Part shown: piece after piece, positions 48,616 to 59,359 of the stretch
Layout of the letters: each line of letters opens with the position of its first letter
Numbering within the stretch: the stretch's first letter is position 1
Assembly: GCA_021463465.1 (NCBI GenBank)
Contig: JAJTYH010000002.1
Location: 73,799-137,798 of the forward strand
Origin: a bacterium
GTDB taxonomy: Bacteria; Patescibacteriota; Dojkabacteria; SC72
Direction of reading: 5' to 3'
DNA: 64,000 nucleotides
The notes under the pieces: generated by a model
Database searches by the model: none
Told to the model about the DNA's origin: nothing
What the model saw: the letters and a program-made list of their open reading frames with translations, nothing else
Translations under genes and position numbers: made by a program

Positions 48616-49149
48616 ATGAGTAATGGCTTAATTATATCCTTTTTACTGCTTTTTGTATTCATCCTTGCTGGCTGGACACTCTCATTAATCACTAGTATTG
48701 TCTTGACACCCAGCATTCATACTCCCAAAGAAATCTTGCCGGAAATTTTAGCAATCATGAAGCTAAATAAAGACGATCATCTTTATGATCTGGGCTCAGG
48801 AGATGGACGTGTAATCATCGCCGCCCGCAAATACATGAAACTCAAAGGTTACGGTTACGATATTTCTCCTATAATCGTTTCTCTTTCCAAAGTTATTAAA
48901 TTACTCAATCTAGGAATCAATACGGATGTATTTTTTGACCTTGAAAACATCTTTGAAGTCAAGCTTAAAAAAGCCACCAAGGTTTACACTTATCAAAATC
49001 CTAAAATCCTACAAATCTTGGACAAGAAGTTCAAGAGAGAACTCGAGAACGTAAAAGTGTATTCGTACAGATATGAGATACCAGAGAAGAAATCCTCCAA
49101 AAAACACAAATTGGGTAATGGAATGATTTTGTTTGAATACAAATACTAA
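48616..49149 (+). CDS. small SAM-dependent methyltransferase-like protein with N-terminal TM
   Basis: DLGSGDGRVIIAARK (motif I). Confidence 0.5.
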   Translation: MSNGLIISFLLLFVFILAGWTLSLITSIVLTPSIHTPKEILPEILAIMKLNKDDHLYDLGSGDGRVIIAARKYMKLKGYGYDISPIIVSLSKVIKLLNLGINTDVFFDLENIFEVKLKKATKVYTYQNPKILQILDKKFKRELENVKVYSYRYEIPEKKSSKKHKLGNGMILFEYKY

Positions 49150-49649
49150 TGGAGCTTATTCCCGTAGTAAATCTTCAGGATGAGATATTATTCTATAAGA
49201 ATCGAGATGAGATTACTTCTGAAGATATATTCAGAGTGGCTTCCGTATGGGTACTAAACGATAAAAAAGAAGTCCTACTCGGTAGAAGAAGCCTAACAAA
49301 GAAAACGAATCCTAATAAATTCGCACCAATTGTTAACGGGACAGTTAACAAAGACGAATCGTACGAAGAAAATGCTTTAAAAGAACTCAAAGAGGAGATT
49401 GGTATCACCCGTACAAAATTGAATTTCCTGACGAAGCTTTTTGTTAAAGAGAAATGGCAACTATTTGTGAGCTATTTTTCTACCCAACTCACTGAGTCCG
49501 ATCAACTTAACTTTGACTCTAATGAAATTGCTGAAATCGTTTACTGGCCACGAGCCGAACTTGAATTCTCTCTGGTTAATCAACCCGAAATGTTTGTTCC
49601 TGACTTCAAAAGAGTTTACGAGGAGGTAAGAGAGCTGTTGTTCAGATAG
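49149..49649 (+). CDS. NUDIX hydrolase
   Basis: Nudix box GTVNKDESYEENALKELKEEIGI (Gx5Ex7REuxEExGu). Confidence 0.8.
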   Translation: MELIPVVNLQDEILFYKNRDEITSEDIFRVASVWVLNDKKEVLLGRRSLTKKTNPNKFAPIVNGTVNKDESYEENALKELKEEIGITRTKLNFLTKLFVKEKWQLFVSYFSTQLTESDQLNFDSNEIAEIVYWPRAELEFSLVNQPEMFVPDFKRVYEEVRELLFR

Positions 49650-49689
49650 ACATTATTGACATTTATACGTATACCTAGTATACCTTAGT

Positions 49690-50874
49690 ATGAATGAGCC
49701 ATTAGCATCTCGACATCGTCCTAAAACCTTAGAGGAGTTTGTTGGTCAAAAACATCTCATTGGCAAAAACGGTCCCATCCGAAAACTTCTTGAGTCTGAA
49801 AATATCCCTTCTATGCTTTTTTGGGGTCCACCTGGCAGTGGGAAAACTACTCTTGCTTATATTATCTCACAGAATATATTTTATGACTTTCATAAGCTGC
49901 AAGCTGTAACTGCAGGTAAAGACCAACTGAAAAAAGTACTGGCACATGCGATGAATAATCAGAATTATAACCGCAAAACAATTCTGTTTATTGACGAAAT
50001 CCATCGCTGGAACAAAGCACAACAAGACGCCCTACTACCATATGTCGAAAAGGGAATCATCACATTAATTGGCGCTACCACCGAAAATCCATCATTTAGA
50101 GTTAATAATGCTTTACTCTCAAGGTGTAAGCTTTTCGTTTTCAACCAACATAGCAAAAACGATATAGTTGAGTTGCTAAAGAAAGTCTCCCAATCAGAAT
50201 ACCCCAAGTTTGAAATTCCCTTGAGGGTACTTCAATTAATGGCCGATTTAGCGAATGGAGACATTCGCAGTGGTCTCAATATTCTTGAAATGTGCGCATC
50301 TATCGCGAAGGGAGCCAAAATGACAGAGAAAGATGTAAAAGGTGTGGTGCAAAAACAGCTTTATTATGATATGGATGGCGATGAACATTTTGATCTAATC
50401 TCTGCAGTCCATAAATCTTTAAGGTCTTCTAATTCTACTGCTGCCTGTTACTGGATTACTAGAATGCTTCAAGGTGGTGAAGACCCTCTTTATATTGCTC
50501 GAAGGCTCCTTCGATTTGCAAGCGAGGACATAGGGAACGCAGATATGAATGCAGTTATCTTAGCCAATACTGTATATGAGACCTGCGCCAAATTAGGAAT
50601 GCCTGAGTGCGATGTTCATTTGATGCAGTTAGCAATATACCTAGCCAAATCTCCAAAAGATAACAGTGCCTATATGGCTTCACAGCTTGCAAAAAAGGAC
50701 ATCGAAGACTTTGGTAATCTCCCAGTACCATTACATATTCGTAACGCTCCAACTCAGCTGATGAAAGATTTAGGCTACAGCAAAGGGTATGAGTACGACC
50801 ATGATTTGCCTGGTAAAAAGTCTCAACAGCAGTGTATGCCTGACAAACTTAAAGATAAGAACTACATCAAATAG
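49690..50874 (+). CDS. rarA: replication-associated recombination protein A (RarA/MgsA AAA+ ATPase)
   Basis: [14 protein letters not shown] Walker [19 protein letters not shown], MgsA C-terminal domain. Confidence 0.9.
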   Translation: MNEPLASRHRPKTLEEFVGQKHLIGKNGPIRKLLESENIPSMLFWGPPGSGKTTLAYIISQNIFYDFHKLQAVTAGKDQLKKVLAHAMNNQNYNRKTILFIDEIHRWNKAQQDALLPYVEKGIITLIGATTENPSFRVNNALLSRCKLFVFNQHSKNDIVELLKKVSQSEYPKFEIPLRVLQLMADLANGDIRSGLNILEMCASIAKGAKMTEKDVKGVVQKQLYYDMDGDEHFDLISAVHKSLRSSNSTAACYWITRMLQGGEDPLYIARRLLRFASEDIGNADMNAVILANTVYETCAKLGMPECDVHLMQLAIYLAKSPKDNSAYMASQLAKKDIEDFGNLPVPLHIRNAPTQLMKDLGYSKGYEYDHDLPGKKSQQQCMPDKLKDKNYIK

Positions 50875-50898
50875 TTTTTCTGATATATAATTACTTGT

Positions 50899-51189
50899 AT
50901 GAGAAAAAGAGCTGCTGTGATTCCAAAAGAGCAAGGAGGTGACAACGTTGTATTACAATCCAGACCCAGACATCCTCGAGATATTGAGTCTGATTTGATT
51001 TTCGCTCTTTCCAGAAATTATACTAGCGGTATTGATCAATCAACACTAGAGGCTCCTATTGAAGGAGCAAGCTTATTCACCCAGTGCGGTAACAATATCC
51101 CAAGAGCTTTAAAAGTACTAGACCAAATAGAAGGACTTAACCCAGAGCTCCGGGAAGCTATGAGGTTGTATATAGAAGACCAAGAGTAG
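50899..51189 (+). CDS. hypothetical protein
   Basis: 96-aa ORF. Confidence 0.35.
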   Translation: MRKRAAVIPKEQGGDNVVLQSRPRHPRDIESDLIFALSRNYTSGIDQSTLEAPIEGASLFTQCGNNIPRALKVLDQIEGLNPELREAMRLYIEDQE

Positions 51190-51289
51190 CCACATTTACA
51201 CTTAAGGTTAAAGAGAATATAATCAGGCTGTTCTTTGCAAATATTCATGAAAACGTTGAAGGAGAATTAGTAGGTAGTATGTTGTGACA

Positions 51290-51530
51290 TCTGAGAGGGT
51301 CCGGAAGGAGCAAGGACTTCGCAAACATATAATTGAATTACCCTCCCAAGTTGCAAGCTGAAAAGCAAGTAAGCCGTGCCGGGATTTCGACCCGAAATAT
51401 CGACAGAGTGTATCAAGATGAGCACTCAACAAGACTAACAGTGTGAACTGGTAGTAAAATCAAGGTGGTACCGCGTAGATCGCCCTTGTTTATATCTATA
51501 TATTGGATATATGCAAGGGCGTTTTTTGTT
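51290..51530 (+). promoter_or_regulatory. T-box riboswitch leader (Tyr specifier inferred) upstream of tyrS
   Basis: Stem I with GA/K-turn UGAGAGGGUCC, candidate specifier loop ...AACAUAUAAUU (UAU), T-box AAUCAAGGUGGUACCGCGUAG, terminator CGCCCTTG...CAAGGGCG + TTTTTTGTTTT. Confidence 0.8.
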
Positions 51531-51539
51531 TTAAATTAA

Positions 51540-53489
51540 GTGTATACTAAAAATATGAAACTCAGGATTGATCCAAGATTGCACCAACAATTTCCCACCC
51601 TTAAAGTAGGTGTGTTATGGCTGGAACAAATCACTAACCATAGCAATTCGGATATCTCGTACCAGCTACTATGCCGACTAACCGACTCATTGAAGCGGAC
51701 ATTAAAGGACGCAGAAAATGATAAATGGAGCGAGGCTTTTGCCAAAGCTGGGATTCCATCTGAAATTACTCCTTCGCATCTGACCCTACTTAATCGTTTG
51801 CTTTCTAGTACCAGTAGCTTACCTAATATCTCCAATGCTGTGAATGTGATAAACCGTATCCAACTTATCCACGGTGTACCTATTGGGATCCATGATGCAG
51901 ATAAGACGGAAGGCTCTGTTACAATAGGCGAGAATAGTAAAGAGTTGAATTTTCTCCCACGTGAAAGCCAGGGAGCTGAAGGGGTATCGCCTTCGGAAAT
52001 TGTGTATGCAGACGAGAAGAATGTCATAACCCGTAATTGGGCATACAAACAAGGGCGAAAAACTCTTTTAACCGCTGAAAGCAAGAATGCATTTATTGTA
52101 GTTGACACACTTGATATGTCAGACAGTAAGGTTGAAGAGATTCTTGAAGAGCTCGCTAATAACTTCAATGCTTTTGTTCACCCAACGAAAATTTCAAAGG
52201 GCATTATGAATTCTAAGTATAATGAGATTAACACTGACGATTTAAGTGAAATCAAAAAATTTAAGAGAGTATCAATAAAAGGTTGTAAAACAATAAGTCG
52301 CAACCCTGAAATCATAGACAGGATAGTCGAGAAAGCCGTTGAAGAAGTCTTACCATCAAGAGAGAATCTTAAATCCCTACTTAATTCGGGACGTAGGTTA
52401 AGGGTATACCAAGGATTTGATCCAACAGCACCAACTCTACACATTGGACACACTGTTATGATGCGGAAGCTTGAAGACTTTAGGAAACTAGGACACGAAG
52501 TATTTATGCTTATTGGGGACTTTACTGGTCGAATTGGCGATCCAACTGACAAAGGGGCAGCACGTCGTAAACTCACAGAGAAAGAGGTCTTAGAAAATCT
52601 CAAGCTTTACAAAGAGCAAGCAAGTTCACTTCTAAATATGAACGATAAAGATAATCCTGTGACTGTAGTTTTCAATAATGATTGGTTAGGGCAGCTTAGA
52701 TTTGCAGAAATTGTAGATTTAGCGTCAGAATTTACAGTTCAACAGATGATTAAAAGAGATATGTTTCAAAAGAGATTAGAAAATGACAAACCAATACACC
52801 TACACGAATTTCTATACCCTTTAATGCAGGGCTTTGACTCAGTTGCGCTTAATGTAGATATAGAACTTGGGGGGAGTGATCAACTTTTTAATATGTTAGC
52901 AGGTAGGACTCTTATTGAAAAACTATATAAAAAAGATAAGTTCGTGGTATCAGGTAAACTGCTTACAACGAACGAAGGAGCTAAAATGGGTAAATCAGAA
53001 GGTAACATGATTATGCTCTCTGACTCACCAGAGAATATATTTGGTAAGGTAATGGCATTTTCTGATGAACAAATCTTAGGTGGTTTTGAACTTTTAACTA
53101 ACAGTTCAATAGATAAAGTTAATGAGGTTGAAAGAAAATTGAAACAAGGTAAAAATCCAATGGAATTAAAGAAAGAACTAGCGGAAATAGTGGTTTCAGA
53201 ATTGAAAGGAAACAAAGCGGCAACAAGAGCAAAAGAGTACTTTGAAGGAGTGTTTCAAAAAATGAGTGTCAATGTAGAACTTGAAACAGTCAAAGTATCA
53301 AAATCAGAAATGAATATTTTAGATTTAATGGTTGAAACAGGTTTAAGCAAGAGTAAGTCAGAGGCAAGGCGACTTGTTGAACAGGACTCTGTCGAAGTAA
53401 ATCAGGGAAAAATCGTCAACTGGAAGTCACAAATTAACACAAAAGATATTGTATTAAAGGTTGGGAAAAGAACTCTCCGCATTCTCTAA
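51540..53489 (+). CDS. tyrS: tyrosine--tRNA ligase with ~270-aa N-terminal B3/4-like extension
   Basis: HIGH (PTLHIGH), KMGKS, C-terminal S4 domain (SKSEARRLVEQDSVEVNQGKI); N-terminal NAVNVINRIQLIHGVPIGIHDADK resembles PheT B3/4 domain. Confidence 0.8.
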   Translation: MYTKNMKLRIDPRLHQQFPTLKVGVLWLEQITNHSNSDISYQLLCRLTDSLKRTLKDAENDKWSEAFAKAGIPSEITPSHLTLLNRLLSSTSSLPNISNAVNVINRIQLIHGVPIGIHDADKTEGSVTIGENSKELNFLPRESQGAEGVSPSEIVYADEKNVITRNWAYKQGRKTLLTAESKNAFIVVDTLDMSDSKVEEILEELANNFNAFVHPTKISKGIMNSKYNEINTDDLSEIKKFKRVSIKGCKTISRNPEIIDRIVEKAVEEVLPSRENLKSLLNSGRRLRVYQGFDPTAPTLHIGHTVMMRKLEDFRKLGHEVFMLIGDFTGRIGDPTDKGAARRKLTEKEVLENLKLYKEQASSLLNMNDKDNPVTVVFNNDWLGQLRFAEIVDLASEFTVQQMIKRDMFQKRLENDKPIHLHEFLYPLMQGFDSVALNVDIELGGSDQLFNMLAGRTLIEKLYKKDKFVVSGKLLTTNEGAKMGKSEGNMIMLSDSPENIFGKVMAFSDEQILGGFELLTNSSIDKVNEVERKLKQGKNPMELKKELAEIVVSELKGNKAATRAKEYFEGVFQKMSVNVELETVKVSKSEMNILDLMVETGLSKSKSEARRLVEQDSVEVNQGKIVNWKSQINTKDIVLKVGKRTLRIL

Positions 53490-53977
53490 TTAATATAGCT
53501 ATCAATATCTAGGTCGTCGACTTTTGATTGAAAAATATTACTTCTCTTATCTGGTTTGGCTAGCTTCATAAGTGAATTCGCAAATATATCAGAGTTTGTT
53601 GATTTGACAACGATAACCTTTTTGCCAACAGTTAAGGCAATAGCAGCTTCCGACATAGTCCCTAAAGATCCTGCAATAGCTATAACTAAATCAGCACAAA
53701 CAGCTACAATCGAGTTTCTTGTGACTTTTAAGCCAGTTACTAAAGGGATATCGATAAACTGATTAGCTTCCTCTCTGAATTCAGGTAAAATTCCGATAGT
53801 AATGACGCCCGAATCTTTTGCACCTTTTGCAACTGCCTCCATTACCCCAGTCATACCACCACAAACCAATGCATGTTTGCTCTTATCAATCTTCTTACCT
53901 ACTTCATAGGCAATTTCATAATCTTTTGAATTTGATTCAACTGCTGCTCCTCCGATTACCGATATTAGTTTTAACAT
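53486..53977 (-). CDS. LOG-family (TIGR00725-like) Rossmann-fold nucleotide-binding protein
   Basis: ALVCGGMTGVMEAVAKGAKDSGVITIGILP, 163 aa. Confidence 0.7.
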   Translation of the reverse strand: MLKLISVIGGAAVESNSKDYEIAYEVGKKIDKSKHALVCGGMTGVMEAVAKGAKDSGVITIGILPEFREEANQFIDIPLVTGLKVTRNSIVAVCADLVIAIAGSLGTMSEAAIALTVGKKVIVVKSTNSDIFANSLMKLAKPDKRSNIFQSKVDDLDIDSYIN

Positions 53978-53993
53978 TGGATGCTTGATTAAT

Positions 53994-54878
53994 TTATTTT
54001 TTTATCGAACCCTGCATTGACTTTGCAATATCCTCAACAATTTCCAAACATAATAACACTTGCAGTCGTGATTGCTCAGGTGGTTGATACTGGAAATCGT
54101 CTTTTCCAAGACCCCAACGATGATACTCCTTTGATTTATGTCCCCTCCACCACTCAAATAGCTCCAACAATTCGTTTTTCCTCTCTATACCAGGGAAAAA
54201 CTCTAAATAGGTTTTGAATATCTTATTCTTACCAGAAACCTGTTGACCCTTAAGCAATAGATGAGCCTTCATAGTAAATATCAAGCATACAGTGGCATAT
54301 CTCAATCTGTCATCTAAATATTTGCTTATATCTTCTGTTACAAATGTTGTACCACCAGATCTATCACCAACCATTCTTGAAAGAACAGATCTATTTGAAA
54401 GATATGGGGAATTATATACCATCTGCCTTAAGCCTCTACGCATATCATTTGCTAATAAAATCGAAGACTCTTCAACATCAGGTTTTAAAAACTTCTGTAG
54501 AAGGTTGATTCCATAAATGAGTTTTGCTTTCTCAAAGTAATCATAAATAAACATCGACCTTAAAAGTGAGTAGCCTAAAGTATTTTCCGTTGGGATTTCA
54601 TCTGATCCATAGGTATAAATCTCAAAAGGCAGCTGAATCTTCTCTACATAATTTTTATGTAACTCATAAAGTCTTATCAATTTTTGAGAGTCAAGTTGAC
54701 CTCTTTCATCAACATTACACAAAATCATTAAGTCAATATTACTGTCTTTACTTAAATAGGTTTCATCCGCAGCACTCCCATAAAGGTAAATACTATCAAT
54801 CCAATCTAAAAGTGCATTGGATTTCAAAGTTTCAATAAAATTGTCGCAAATTTTCTTTACCTTTAGTTCTTCTTGCAT
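53994..54878 (-). CDS. nucleotidyltransferase-fold protein
   Basis: IYLYGSAADETYLSKDSNIDLMIL (GS...DxD pol-beta motif), 294 aa. Confidence 0.5.
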   Translation of the reverse strand: MQEELKVKKICDNFIETLKSNALLDWIDSIYLYGSAADETYLSKDSNIDLMILCNVDERGQLDSQKLIRLYELHKNYVEKIQLPFEIYTYGSDEIPTENTLGYSLLRSMFIYDYFEKAKLIYGINLLQKFLKPDVEESSILLANDMRRGLRQMVYNSPYLSNRSVLSRMVGDRSGGTTFVTEDISKYLDDRLRYATVCLIFTMKAHLLLKGQQVSGKNKIFKTYLEFFPGIERKNELLELFEWWRGHKSKEYHRWGLGKDDFQYQPPEQSRLQVLLCLEIVEDIAKSMQGSIKK

Positions 54879-55636
54879 ACTACAATCTGATTCATTCCAA
54901 GTAATTTAATAAATGGGTAGCCTCTGAGTTTTTCAATTTGATGCCTTATAAATCGAATAGGTGCCCATCGATAAAACCTCCAACTAATCGCAAGAAACGG
55001 TAATATCCCATGTAATGTATTATAGGTAAACTGATCGACTATCTCGAAGCCCACACTTTCAAGTCTTTTGGGTACATTAAAAACCGTAACCATATTCTCG
55101 TTTGCTTGACTCTTCCAATTTGAAAAAGGTGCAAAAGTATTCTTCTTGTATACACGAGTCATTTCTAACAACACTTTCAACAAACCAGCAGTATTAAAAT
55201 AATTTGGAGTAGAAATAATCAGCTTTCCATCCTTTTTTAGTAGTCTGTATTGTTCTCGGAAGTAAGCCACGAGATCTTCAAAGTGTTCAAGTGCCTCTAC
55301 ACAAAAAATATAATCAAAGTATTCACTTTTTAGAGGGATCTCTCTAGCGTCTAAAACAAAATATTTTGTCTTTTTTGAAATTTTTCTAGCCTTTTCAATC
55401 GCATTCTTAGAAATATCCACCCCAAAAGTTTCACAACCTTTTGACTCTAAGTAAGCTAAGAGATAACCATGCCCACAACCAATGTCTAAAACCTTCTTAC
55501 CTTTTAAATTATCAGTGTACAGGTCAACAACAAGTTTGCCAAAATTCGAAATCTCTCCAAATGGGTTGAATGGTGATATGACAAAATCTTGATTTTCGTT
55601 ATAAAATTTCGCAACTTTTGTTCTATAACCTACCAT
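54863..55636 (-). CDS. class I SAM-dependent methyltransferase
   Basis: KVLDIGCGHGYL motif I. Confidence 0.7.
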   Translation of the reverse strand: MVGYRTKVAKFYNENQDFVISPFNPFGEISNFGKLVVDLYTDNLKGKKVLDIGCGHGYLLAYLESKGCETFGVDISKNAIEKARKISKKTKYFVLDAREIPLKSEYFDYIFCVEALEHFEDLVAYFREQYRLLKKDGKLIISTPNYFNTAGLLKVLLEMTRVYKKNTFAPFSNWKSQANENMVTVFNVPKRLESVGFEIVDQFTYNTLHGILPFLAISWRFYRWAPIRFIRHQIEKLRGYPFIKLLGMNQIVVCKKN

Positions 55637-56595
55637 AAATCTTTATAACTAAAATTATACTTTTTCAAAAGCGCGGCTCTTCGAAAATCAACATCTTCGT
55701 ATTTTAGATATCTATACTTATTCAAAAAATAATAAAACCAAAAAGTGTAATAAGGTATTACAATTAATCGATAAAGAATCAAATCAAACCTACTTCTACT
55801 TAACGCTCGAAATATCATTTTAATATTTACCAACACCCATTTTGAAAAACTTCTATTATAAATATTAGGGTAAAGATAATATAAAGAAGCATTTCCCTCG
55901 GCATGCCAACGTTTTCGCCTTAATATATTTCTCAAAGAAGATGGGTATTTATGAAAAATTACTAAACTATCATCGTACCTAATTTTATAACCACTATTTA
56001 ATAATTTTGCTGAAAATTCTCTATCTTCAGAAGCAAGACTAAAATCATTAAAACCTAAAACAGAAGAATATATCTCTCTACTCACTAATAAAAAAGCACC
56101 TATGAGAACTTTCGCTTCATTTTGATTGTCTACATAAGTTCTCGTTGATCGAAGATCTTCGAAGTACTCACCTTTTTGCCAAATTGTCTCAAAAGAAGAA
56201 GGTTTTCTGATCTTAGGAAGATAAGACGCAACAAATTTACTATTTCTCAAGAAATCGATTTTCTCTTTAATAAATTTTTGACTAAAATTTTCAATTTTAA
56301 CATCAGAATCTAAGAACAAAAGATATTCACCATATGTACTTGAGACTCCTAAGTTTCTAGCTTGTGCAGGTGTTATTACCATAGGCACTTCAATCAATTT
56401 CACTCGTGCCTTAGAAACCGACGGAAATGCGGGAATACTTACATCCGTAGAATTAAGACCATTTACAACAACAACTACTTCAAAAAAATCGACAGAATGC
56501 TCAAATACAGGCAACAGCTCCTTTAAAAGGGACTCTAGCTTCGGTATGTGCCTGGCATGACACGGAATTATGACTGATAAAGTTGGGTTCTTCAC
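55630..56595 (-). CDS. family 2 glycosyltransferase
   Basis: LSVIIPCHARH N-terminus, LFLDSDV (DxD). Confidence 0.7.
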   Translation of the reverse strand: MKNPTLSVIIPCHARHIPKLESLLKELLPVFEHSVDFFEVVVVVNGLNSTDVSIPAFPSVSKARVKLIEVPMVITPAQARNLGVSSTYGEYLLFLDSDVKIENFSQKFIKEKIDFLRNSKFVASYLPKIRKPSSFETIWQKGEYFEDLRSTRTYVDNQNEAKVLIGAFLLVSREIYSSVLGFNDFSLASEDREFSAKLLNSGYKIRYDDSLVIFHKYPSSLRNILRRKRWHAEGNASLYYLYPNIYNRSFSKWVLVNIKMIFRALSRSRFDLILYRLIVIPYYTFWFYYFLNKYRYLKYEDVDFRRAALLKKYNFSYKDLW

Positions 56596-56724
56596 AGCTC
56601 AAAATCATTCTGTATTTATTAAACTAATGTAAACCGGGTATACGCAGTTAAAATTTATGTGATTATACAACATAGTAAAACATTTTCCAGTAGCAAAACT
56701 TCTTACTATAACCTATAATAAGAC

Positions 56725-57189
56725 ATGTTTTATAGCAAAAACATAGAAATTGACAGGCAAGAAAGCGACTACCATACAATGCAATCTGATGCTTGGTTTA
56801 TGGAACTTAATCATATATTCAATGTTTTAGATGCAAAAAGTTCAATCGAAGTAGCTCTTACAGTTGACTTTATAGACACAATTTCTGGAAGTATGATTGC
56901 AGAACTACCAAGTCAAATCGGTTTACTTACTGAAGTTGATTACTCAACTATACGCATACTCAAAGGTAGTGATTTCAACTTTTATATTGAACTTATAGAT
57001 AAAAGTAATGTCTGTGCAACTTTAATATCAAATAAGGAAGGTTTTACCTTACTTTTAGATAATGAAACGATAACAATTGGTAAGAGTACTAATTTAGATC
57101 AAAGTGTTAATTATTTGATTTCGGGTTTATATCTTCATAATGCAGATTCATTTGTCCCTCAGCGCAGCCTAATAACGATTAAAAGTTAA
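56725..57189 (+). CDS. hypothetical protein
   Basis: 154-aa ORF. Confidence 0.4.
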   Translation: MFYSKNIEIDRQESDYHTMQSDAWFMELNHIFNVLDAKSSIEVALTVDFIDTISGSMIAELPSQIGLLTEVDYSTIRILKGSDFNFYIELIDKSNVCATLISNKEGFTLLLDNETITIGKSTNLDQSVNYLISGLYLHNADSFVPQRSLITIKS

Positions 57190-57340
57190 ACAATTGCTTC
57201 CTCTCGAAAATATTTCTTTAAGAAGGTACAATTACATTCAATGAGAGAACTCACCAAAAAACGAATAAAACATATTTTTAATATTTTTGTTGCAATAGTA
57301 TTGATATCAGGAATTGTGCTTCCAGTTGTCATAGCCTTAT

Positions 57341-59359
57341 TTGCAAGCTAATATGCTAAGCGATCTGACTCTTAAGACTGCAGTAACCGAGATACCCTTG
57401 GTTGGGCCCTCTAAAGCACAACTCCTCGAAAAACTCGGGATAACGACGATCAAGGATTTACTCTTTCATATCCCTTTCAAATATCGAGATACATCCAATA
57501 TCATTCCCATCACCAAACTCAAAAAAGAGAGAGAAGGTACCATTATTGCTACGGTAGAACGGATAGAAAATGTCTACACACGATTCAGTAAAGTAATTAC
57601 CAGAGCAAAGGTGATTGATGAGAGCAGTACAATAAACATTCTTTGGTTCAATCAGCCTTATCTCACGAAAGCTTTAAAACAAGGGAATACATATATTTTT
57701 GAAGGTAAACTATCAAAGAAAACCAATGACTTAGTCAGTCCTGCTTATGAACTATTCTCAGGAGACCTATCTACCCAAAGCCATATTGGGAAAATAACTC
57801 CCTTTTACAATGAAACAGCAGGAATTTCCTCTAAATGGCTTAGAGGTAGAATCACTTTTTTAAAAAAAGAAATTAGTAACCTCCTAAAAGTTGACCTTCA
57901 ATCCTCAGTCTTAGAAGAAGAGCATCTGCTATCACTAGCTCAGGCAATAATGCAAATTCACTTTCCAACCGATTTTGACCAAATTAACAATGCTCGAACA
58001 AGGTTAGCTTTTGACGAAATGCTTAAAGTCGGTTTCAAAACCGAAACTAATGTCGCTGTATTAAAAAATCGAAGTTCAATAGAGATAAAGTCTATTCCTA
58101 AATACATTGAAATCTTCAATTCCACATTGCCTTACGAACTAACGCAAGATCAAAGGAAAGCTATAAATGATATCCAAAACGATATGGAAAAAGAGAAACC
58201 TATGTACAGACTCTTAAATGGAGACGTCGGATCAGGAAAGACTGTAGTCGCTGCATCTTGCATGTACAGTGCATACCAAGCAGGATTTAGTAGCATAATT
58301 ATGGCTCCCACTACAATTCTCGCAACACAGCATCAACAAACCCTGAAAGAACTTCTAAAGCCTCTGAAAATAAATGTTGAGCTATGTGCTTCTGGGACTA
58401 AACTCAAACACAGTTCAAAGCCCCAAATTATTGTTGGCACCCATGCATTGCTTCATAACAAAGAAGAAATCCATAACCTTGGGCTTTTAATAGTGGATGA
58501 GCAACACAGATTTGGAGTAAAGCAGAGGGAACAACTGACTTTCAATAGAAGCGATGGCAAGTTCCCTCACTTCTTGATGATGTCAGCGACACCGATACCA
58601 CATACTCTCATCAATATTTTCTTTGGTGATATGGATGTAAGCTTCATAAAGGAAATGCCTGCCAATCGTATCCCTATTCAATCACATTTTGTTCCCTTTA
58701 ATAAAAGAGATGACTGTTATGAATGGATTAAGCAGAAGCTTATTGACACCAAGGAGCAGGCATTCATTGTTTTTCCTCTGGTTGAGGAATCAGAAAAAGC
58801 ACAAGCCAAAGCAGCTACCGCTGAGTACGAAAAGTTGAAGAATGGGCTTTTCAAAAACTTAAGGGTGGGACTACTTCACGGACAGTTAAAGATCAAAGAG
58901 AAAAATGAAACGTTAAAATCTTTTAAAGCTCAAAAATACAATGTACTTGTTGCGACTTCAGTTATTGAAGTAGGTATTGATGTACCTGAAGCAACAGTGA
59001 TGGTGATAGAAGATGCACAGCGCTTTGGACTCGCCCAACTACATCAGCTTAGAGGAAGAGTAGGGAGAGGAGATAAGCAATCTTACTGTTTTGTGCTCGC
59101 AGGAGAAGAAGCAGAGGAAGCAGCAAGTGAACGACTCACCTACTTTGCAAAGCATCCATCAGGTTTTGATGTAGCAGAATTCGATTTGAAGAAAAGAGGT
59201 CCAGGTGAAGTATATGGTGTAAAACAATCAGGTATTCCAACCTTCAAAGTAGCTTCCATCAACGACATTGAACTTTTGATCAAAGCTAGAAATCAGGCAA
59301 AAAGATTAATCGGAATAGGATATAATCTAGATGATATTTCAAAACAACTCTTCCAATGA
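57341..59359 (+). CDS. recG: ATP-dependent DNA helicase RecG
   Basis: Wedge domain N-terminus, GDVGSGKTVVA, DEQHRFGV, helicase C-terminal motifs QLRGRVGRG. Confidence 0.85.
   Translation: MQANMLSDLTLKTAVTEIPLVGPSKAQLLEKLGITTIKDLLFHIPFKYRDTSNIIPITKLKKEREGTIIATVERIENVYTRFSKVITRAKVIDESSTINILWFNQPYLTKALKQGNTYIFEGKLSKKTNDLVSPAYELFSGDLSTQSHIGKITPFYNETAGISSKWLRGRITFLKKEISNLLKVDLQSSVLEEEHLLSLAQAIMQIHFPTDFDQINNARTRLAFDEMLKVGFKTETNVAVLKNRSSIEIKSIPKYIEIFNSTLPYELTQDQRKAINDIQNDMEKEKPMYRLLNGDVGSGKTVVAASCMYSAYQAGFSSIIMAPTTILATQHQQTLKELLKPLKINVELCASGTKLKHSSKPQIIVGTHALLHNKEEIHNLGLLIVDEQHRFGVKQREQLTFNRSDGKFPHFLMMSATPIPHTLINIFFGDMDVSFIKEMPANRIPIQSHFVPFNKRDDCYEWIKQKLIDTKEQAFIVFPLVEESEKAQAKAATAEYEKLKNGLFKNLRVGLLHGQLKIKEKNETLKSFKAQKYNVLVATSVIEVGIDVPEATVMVIEDAQRFGLAQLHQLRGRVGRGDKQSYCFVLAGEEAEEAASERLTYFAKHPSGFDVAEFDLKKRGPGEVYGVKQSGIPTFKVASINDIELLIKARNQAKRLIGIGYNLDDISKQLFQ

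Noticed and set aside
52398-52418. Fourth occurrence of TAAGGGTATACC inside tyrS
   Set aside because: Lies within a well-conserved coding region and lacks the flanking repeat context. Likely coincidental.
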